A DNA stretch of 11,689 bases, from the NCBI GenBank assembly GCA_051294375.1, contig JBJCIZ010000753.1:1-11689 (forward strand). Reading direction: 5' to 3'. Position numbers and translations under genes: made by a program. Every line of letters starts with the position of its first letter. The first letter of the stretch is position 1. The notes under the pieces were generated by a model, which saw only the letters and a list, made by a program, of their open reading frames with translations, had not been told where the DNA came from and did no database searches. Positions 1 to 5,399 of this stretch are shown piece by piece. Origin of the DNA: Paraspadella gotoi (Eukaryota > Animalia > Chaetognatha).

Positions 1-1267
1 GTCCAGACTGTTTATATCAAGCTGAAAACATTTTTGTATTCATCATTTTTGATATTTAAAAAGATATTTTATCGAGCTACAACATAAATTTTTGCTTGTT
101 TTTTACTTTAACTGAAAAATATAAGCAATTTTATGGAATAAAGAAAATTTAATAATAATCAAAATGTAATTCAGTTTTTCCTTTTTCAAATTACAAAAGA
201 AAAATAAAAAATTTCATATGCCTTCATTAAAATTTTTAAAGCAAAAAACTGTTATACTTTTAACTCTGATTTAAACAAAAGCTGTGTAAAGATTTTTTAT
301 TAAATGATTAGGGCTTTAATTTGATACTACACCCACCTTGCTACCTCTTTTCTTTCAAAAGTTATTTTAAAAAATAACTTTTTTTAAATTATGCAGTACA
401 AATCTTTGTTAAATAAAAATTTTGGCAAAGCGGGAGTATCTCACTTATTTCTATTGGTACAATACTTAAATTTCAAAATAAAACTTGAAGAAAATTCTTT
501 TGTCCTTTAGATGTCTTTCAGATGTACCCATCGTATAATAATTGATTTATTTATTTTCCAAAAAAAGTTTAATTAAAAAAGTTGAAATTTTTTAAAATTA
601 TTGGAAAAAAAATTTTTTACGACCTATGCTCATTGAGAATAATGGTTCTGAATAAAAAATCAAAATATCAAAAAAATAAAAAAATCAGCCTCTAGAAAAA
701 TCGAAAGGCTAGAGGCTGATTTTTTTACAATTGTACAATTTTTTTCCTAACTCAAAATTTATTATTTTCAAGTTTCCAAATATTTTTTTCAAAATCATTC
801 AATCAATTTTTTTTATAATTTAGAAATGTTTTATGATGTTTTTTGTTTGAAAGAATTGAAAAAAATGAAAAATTTAGTAATTATATAAGGTTTTTGAAAA
901 TACCTCTAAATATTAATAATTAGACACAAGGGAGTAAGCAGAGAAAACTTCCCATTCAATAAAAATTAAAAATGAATTTTCATATTGTTATTTAGATTAA
1001 TTGACTAATTACAAACAAATGATTCATATAAATTAAGGAAAATGATAGGTAAAAAATATTCATCTTGGTCTCGGTTAACTATTAAGTTATCGTTAAAGTT
1101 TTGTTTTAATATAATTAATTTTTTTTGCATTTATAAAAGCAATGGTTTAAAATTTTGTAAGCGTTTCGAGCTATATTGCTTCATCTTTTTTACTATTTTT
1201 GATCTAGTTAGCTATTTTATTGATGGTCAAGGGTTATGGTCAGACACAGTAATTGTCCAGTAGTGTA
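1..1267. mobile_element. Possible AT-rich non-autonomous DNA transposon (Tc1/mariner-type right end at 1265)
   Basis: An AT-rich non-coding block with internal inverted repeats ends in ...GGTCAGACACAGTAATTGTCCAGTAGTG followed by TA (1266-1267). The reverse complement, TA-CACTACTGGAC..., resembles Tc1-like CACTAC termini. The matching left end is not in the window. Confidence 0.3.
677..727. repeat. Perfect 19-bp inverted repeat with a 13-nt spacer
   Basis: TAAAAAAATCAGCCTCTAG (677-695) is the exact reverse complement of CTAGAGGCTGATTTTTTTA (709-727). Confidence 0.9.
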
Positions 1268-1591
1268 TATCGCAATATTACCAAAGTAATAATCAATTAG
1301 TTTGCCTCAGAAACAATTTTTAAAGGGACAAAATCAGCAAGAGCCGTTTCGCCACGTTATTTTTTCATTGTGTCCTACTTTCTCCTCTCCGCTCCTTCGA
1401 TTTTCCCCTCCAGTTTTTGAGCGTTTTTTTGTATTTTAGTAGTACATATACTCTCCATACATATTTTTGCCTTCTTCTTTACGACTTTGTTAGTTAGAAC
1501 CCAAGATAACATCATCCCAGATAGAGTGGCGGCCCAATGTGCTACTCTTACAAATAGCACTAAGAAATCCTCTCACCGCCTGAGCTGCTAA

Positions 1592-1606
1592 CTTCTTTAT
1601 CTTTAT

Positions 1607-1642
<36 letters not shown>

Positions 1643-1780
1643 GTCTTTCTTTCTTTCTTTCTTTCTTTCTTCTTTCTTTCTTTCTTTGCTTTCTTTCTTT
1701 CTTTCCTTTTCTTTCTTTTTTTTTCTTCGTCTCTCTCTCCTCTCGTCTCTTCTCAGTCGTCTCTCTCTCTCTCTCTCTCT
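1592..1780. repeat. Compound microsatellite / polypyrimidine tract: (TTTC)n grading into (CT)n
   Basis: Directly visible: imperfect TTTC tandem repeats at about 1606-1715 and a pure (CT)n run at 1760-1780. There are very few purines on the + strand. Confidence 0.95.
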
Positions 1781-1785
1781 GAATG

Positions 1786-1871
1786 ATCGATCATCGATTT
1801 TCGAAACGCGATTTAAATTGGTTTCACATATAAAACCGAGTCGAACATCCTGCTTCCAGTTCTCCATCGAT
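1786..1871 (+). promoter_or_regulatory. Putative RNA polymerase II core promoter of the MCT-like gene (TATA box, Inr-like element, DRE-like cores)
   Basis: TATAAAA at 1829-1835. CCAGTT at 1856-1861 resembles the arthropod Inr TCAGTY, with its A (1858) 29 nt after the first T of the TATA box. ATCGAT (DRE core) occurs at 1786, 1793 and 1866. The candidate start site is 62 nt upstream of the ATG. Confidence 0.5.
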
Positions 1872-1919
1872 TGTACGTTATTCGATCTAAGTTAAATTGA
1901 ATAAATTTCCGATAAAACT

Positions 1920-2026
1920 ATGATTTCCGAAAAAACTTGGTCTTCGCGAGAAATAAAATACTCACCGCTGGATGGAGGTCCTGCTGCTTGGATGGTCGTC
2001 ATGGGCAGTTTTCTCGTTCAACTCAG
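1920..2026 (+). CDS. MCT-like coding exon 1 (start codon, DGG motif, TM1)
   Basis: ATG at 1920 opens MISEKTWSSREIKYSPLDGGPAAWMVVMGSFLVQL. The donor is AG|GTGAGG at 2026/2027 (phase 2). Confidence 0.9.
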
Positions 2027-5000
2027 GTGAGGATACACAATCACGCATATTTTTTTTTTTTTTTCGTTTTAGAACCAAAAAAAGTTTAAAAAACCGGGTT
2101 AAAATTATTTACGAGATGGTTTAAATAGTTTTATTTTAGTAATAATAGCGTTGCAAGTAGACCTCGTCCACCACTAGTTCGTCCTTCGTGGATAAATCCT
2201 TCGGAATAATCATGGTCCACCTTCGCAACGTTTTTCCCGACGCATCCGTGTCGTCCTTGGCCCTCATTTCGACGCTCAACCTCGGATCCTTTTATTTCTT
2301 CAGCCCCTTCGTCTCCGCTTTGATGAACAGGGGTAATTTCACGCTCAAAGTTAAACGGGAAAAAAAATATATATAATGTAATTTGAACTGCTTTATGGTC
2401 ACGTAAATTTGTACGTTTGACAGGGTTGACACCTCGACAGATTTTAATCGGATGCGGATTTTTAAGCTGCATTTCTTGTATCGCTTCCGCTTTCAGTAAA
2501 TCCGTAACTATGCTGTACTTTATGTATGGCATTGTACAAGGTAAAGAGAATTATTAATATTAACATAACTTATATCGTCGTGTAATTACACCAAAAAAGT
2601 TGAGTTATCATTTAACTGTCTATATTTAATTTGTTGGCTATTTTTGTATGTCACCCGCAATATCTAAATCCTATGTCGACTGAAGCGGCTAAAACTAAAG
2701 TTCCCTCTTCCCAGGCATTGCATCCACCCGGGCTCGGCTGCATGGCCAGGTCGACTGTCAGCGCCAACCAATATTTCGAAGAGCGGCGCGCCCTAGCCAA
2801 CGCGGTGCTGCTGCTCAGTGGCAACACCCTCGGCGGGATCGTCGTCCCTCCTGTCGTTCGACTTCATGATGCAGCGAGATCTCTCTCTTCGGCGACGCTC
2901 GTCGTCTTCGGCGCGAGTCTCTCTCTCCCACTTCGTCTCGCGGATTCCTTCTCCCGACCCATCGAGGACATACTACCGAGCATAGACCGACAGATTGACC
3001 GAATCCACGACGAAGATGAGAAGAGATTCGCTCGATGATTTTGGCGGGAAGACTGGCGGCAAATGTTGAAAAGCTTAGGAGCCCGCCTCGAAGAGTCGGG
3101 CTGGACCTTGAGCTCATCAAGGATCCTGTTCTTTTGCTCTTCATAATTGGTAGGATTGTTTTGAGACTTAGGTGTAATAGGGCAAGGGAGACCTAAACAT
3201 TGGTTTTATTATTTATTTATTAACTACTAAATTTTTTTTAATTTAAGTTAATGATTAAATACCACAAAAAAGATGATATAATCAAAGATCAATATCTTAC
3301 ATGAAAAAAATGTAAGCCTTCAATCGGTGGGGCTAAATGATTATATAATATATAATACATTACTTGTCGCTTTTTGAAAAAGTAAAACGTTAATTATACT
3401 ACGGCATAAAACTAGAAGTTCTCTTCAAAAAATAATGGTTAATGCTGCTTTAGGAATATGAAAATAAAAATAATTTTTAAAATCTTCTCTTATTGATAGC
3501 GCACGGAAGCATTTTAAAGATTATTTTATTACTATGAAATTGGTACAACCATATAAAAAAGAGGATTACTATATAAATTTAAATTTTTTTTTCCATTTTT
3601 AAATTTTTTTTAATAGATTCTGATAGAGCTTTAAAAGTCTTAGATAAAGGTTTTGAATACAACTTTTTAAATTTTGTTGATTATTATATAAATTTTAAAA
3701 ACTATAAAATTGTGCCAATTTGATGTTGTAAGGGTTTTTCTATTTTTAACCAATTTATTGTCAATTAAAAAAATTGTAACACTAACTGTCAATTTAACTT
3801 TTCAAGCTTATAAGAATCTGTTCTTAAAATTTTAATTAAAAAATTGTCATTTGTTATATATTAATAAATATTTTAAAACGTTTAGTGCAACAAGCCAATG
3901 GACTAATTGAAAAGTTACATTGAAAATCGATTAGTAATAGAAGGAAAAAATTTTTGGAGAGAACAGAAGTGATAAAAAGTGTTTCAATTTTGACCCGTCT
4001 TAGTTACATTATACCGTAAAATTGTAAAAAAAAATCTCGTGCCAAAATTAAGCCACGTCGATTTTCATTCACAGCCATGGCCGTTGGGGTCAACCTCTTT
4101 GATCTTCACGTGGGTCATTCTCCCTCCTTTTATTCGTCGTCGTGGGTGTGACTCCTTCCGAGGCAGCCTTTGTGATTGTCCATCCTCTTATATAGTTCAT
4201 TTTGGTGGGTGAGTTCAGACCGGAAAGAGGAGTGAGTGTGAGAAAATAGAGAGAAATGAAGATGAGAGATAAAGAGAGAAAATATTATTCCAAGGTTAAA
4301 CCTTTATGAAACTTACAAATTACTGTGTTTTCTATTTTATTTTTTTAATTTAAAATATTGAATACTATATGTTTTATTTTATTTTATTTTATTTCATTTT
4401 TTATTTCTATCTCTTATTTCTTTGTTTTTAATTTATTAAATATAATATTAATAATTATCTATTATTGGATGGAGATGATAGTGTCTTTTGAACAATACAT
4501 GGTTAGAACAATTTATACACTAGTTTTTAGTTGCGGCCGCGAGTACTCGCGAAGCAACTGTATAAGTCGTTTGGTCGGTCCGTCGATTTGTCTGTCCGTC
4601 GGTCTGACCCACTTACGTTAAAATGCATATGATTATCCTATGTAGTCGGTTGCTCATTGTTAAGCCAGAAAAAACCTCAAATCTAAGAATATATTCGAAT
4701 ATTATTCAAAGAATCACAATAAAAGATCCTTCTTTTTATAAACCCCCATCCCACCTTACCCGACTTACCCCGACCTCACCTTTGGAGGCAACTCCCTTTT
4801 CGGCTTCTCCTCATACCACGCGCCGTCGCCCCCCATCGTCCTCTCGTCTTCGCTCGTCGTCGTTCTCTTCGCTGCTTCTGCTCGACGCCACTGCGCCGCT
4901 GCTCGACTCCGGCGCCGCTTACGTCGCCTACGCCGTCGTCGCCGGCGCCAACTGCTCCCTCTACATCACGCTGCGCACGTGGCATTCCTGGATCTCGGGA

Positions 5001-5095
5001 CGAGGCGCACATTCCCGCCGCCCTTCTCGCTCAACTATCTCGCTATGGGCGTCGGTTCTCTGGCCACGCCCACGTCTGCGCCGCAGTCATCACAG
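1920..5095 (+). CDS. Spliced monocarboxylate transporter-like gene (SLC16/MCT family, major facilitator superfamily); at least 6 coding exons, 3' half frameshifted in this sequence
   Basis: Manual splicing gives MISEKTWSSREIKYSPLDGGPAAWMVVMGSFLVQLSSSFVDKSFGIIMVHLRNVFPDASVSSLALISTLNLGSFYFFSPFVSALMNRGLTPRQILIGCGFLSCISCIASAFSKSVTMLYFMYGIVQG. This is followed by ...GLGCMA..TVSANQYFEERRALANAV..SG.., ..LDLELIKDPVLLLFII, ..WVILPPFI..G.TPSEAAFV.., ..YVAYAVVAG.. and ..NYLAMGVGSLATP. The translation contains both SLC16 signatures (PDGG-x-W-x-VV before TM1; YF-x-(K/E)RR-x-LA between TM4 and TM5) and the pre-TM7 LD-x-x-L-x-KDP motif. Introns are GT-AG, with matching phases for introns 1, 2 and 4. Confidence 0.9.
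2178..2332 (+). CDS. MCT-like coding exon 2 (end of TM1, TM2)
   Basis: Acceptor ccactAG|T at 2177 is the only nearby AG compatible with phase 2 and the frame of ORF 2188. It reads SSSFVDKSFGIIMVHLRNVFPDASVSSLALISTLNLGSFYFFSPFVSALMNR. The donor is G|GTAATT at 2332/2333 (phase 1). Confidence 0.88.
2424..2540 (+). CDS. MCT-like coding exon 3 (TM3, start of TM4)
   Basis: Acceptor tttgacAG| at 2423. The 117-nt phase 1-1 exon reads GLTPRQILIGCGFLSCISCIASAFSKSVTMLYFMYGIVQG, matching the MCT pattern 'R.V...GG.L...G...SAF..S...LY..YG'. The donor is AAG|GTAAAG at 2540/2541. Confidence 0.9.
2715..3149 (+). CDS. MCT-like coding exon 4 (TM4-TM6, central loop, start of TM7), with frameshifts
   Basis: Strong acceptor ttccctcttcccAG| at 2714. 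It reads GIAST, then shifts +1 near 2729 into GLGCMARSTVSANQYFEERRALANAVLLLSGNTLGGIVVPP. After further shifts another frame reads ...RSMILAGRLAANVEKLRSPPRRVGLDLELIKDPVLLLFII. The donor is G|GTAGGA at 3149/3150. Confidence 0.8.
4075..4208 (+). CDS. MCT-like coding exon 5 (TM7-TM8), with frameshifts
   Basis: Acceptor ttttcattcacAG| at 4074, phase 1 (AMAVG). Pieces in shifting frames read IFTWVILPPFIRRRG, VTPSEAAFV and SILSY, matching the MCT pattern 'P..YLP.YA...G.S...AAFLLSI'. The donor is GG|GTGAGT at 4208/4209. The exon is a GC-rich island between AT-rich introns. Confidence 0.75.
4222..4282. repeat. Degenerate GA-rich microsatellite at the start of intron 5
   Basis: Purine-rich imperfect (GA)n/(GAGT)n run: ggaaagaggagtgagtgtgagaaaatagagagaaatgaagatgagagataaagagagaa. 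Confidence 0.7.
4524..4661 (+). mobile_element. DINE-1/HINE-like (non-autonomous Helentron-type) element fragment in intron 5
   Basis: A T-run is followed by a stem-loop (AGTTGC 4529-4534 / GCAACT 4554-4559, enclosing the 14-nt palindrome CGCGAGTACTCGCG at 4538-4551). Then come TATAAG and a degenerate GTCN microsatellite (ggtcggtccgtc..tgtctgtccgtcggtctg, about 4573-4606). This order is the known 5' layout of DINE-1/HINE elements. The 3' boundary is uncertain. Confidence 0.55.
4788..5095 (+). CDS. MCT-like coding exon 6 (end of TM8 to TM11), with frameshifts
   Basis: A very GC-rich block. Pieces read GNSLFGF, SSLLLL.ATAPLLDSGAAYVAYAVVAGANCSLYITL, VAFLDLG, HIPAA and LNYLAMGVGSLATPTSA, hydrophobic segments in the order expected for TM8-TM11. 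The acceptor (tttggAG at 4787) and donor (CAG|GTGGG at 5095/5096) are tentative. Confidence 0.7.
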
Positions 5096-5283
5096 GTGGG
5101 GGGGCGCTTCCGCTTGGTCAGAGGTGTTATCTCCGAGTAATAAACGCCTCGCTTGCTGATGGTGCTCTTGTGTGGTGGCAGCCTTGCGAGTTAACCCAGG
5201 GCCTGTATGCCTGGCGGCGGTTAATGCTGCCATGGACGGGTTTACGCCGAATTCGTCCGCGCCGCCGTGCGCCTAATCGTTAA
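5096..5283 (+). other. Possible garbled TM12/C-terminal coding segment of the MCT-like gene
   Basis: GC-rich, exon-like composition continues to about 5280. The frame of ..VITG at 5089 stays open to TAA 5281-5283. No clear MCT motif can be read, but TM12 is still expected after exon 6. Confidence 0.3.
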
Positions 5284-5399
5284 TGGTTTGATTCCACGCC
5301 GAAAGCGTTTGTGTGGGGGTTTTTTCGTAGCAACGTCATTGGTTCAACCCCCTTTAGATTTTGCCATTTGAGCCAGTGTTTTGGTCATCCGCACCCTGT

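Noticed and set aside
1042-1263. 73-aa + strand ORF
   Set aside because: It has the F/I/K/L bias typical of a chance ORF in AT-rich DNA and no recognisable domain.
1490-1895. ORFs 1490..1867 (-, K/E/R-rich) and 1641..1895 (+, F/L/S-rich)
   Set aside because: They are translations of the (TTTC)n/(CT)n microsatellite, which lacks stop codons. They are not proteins.
2631-2714. N-terminal part of ORF 2631..3038, and the in-frame AAG acceptor at 2700 that would avoid the first frameshift
   Set aside because: The AG at 2700 has no pyrimidine tract and would insert PSSQALHPP into TM4. The AG at 2714 has a strong tract and gives the expected GIA..GLG pattern.
3400-4018. Possible terminal inverted repeats of a MITE in intron 4 (TACGGCATAAAACTA at 3400 versus the reverse complement of 4001-4018)
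   Set aside because: The match is short and needs a mismatch and a 3-nt gap in AT-rich DNA, so it cannot be told from chance.
4358-4787. ORF 4358..4621 and the N-terminal part of ORF 4623..5159
   Set aside because: These run through low-complexity T-rich intron sequence and the DINE-like insertion. Only the part after about 4788 is exon-like.
2131-5012. Minus-strand ORFs 2131..2532, 2815..3144 and 4776..5012
   Set aside because: They are antisense shadows of the MCT exons, with no recognisable motifs of their own.
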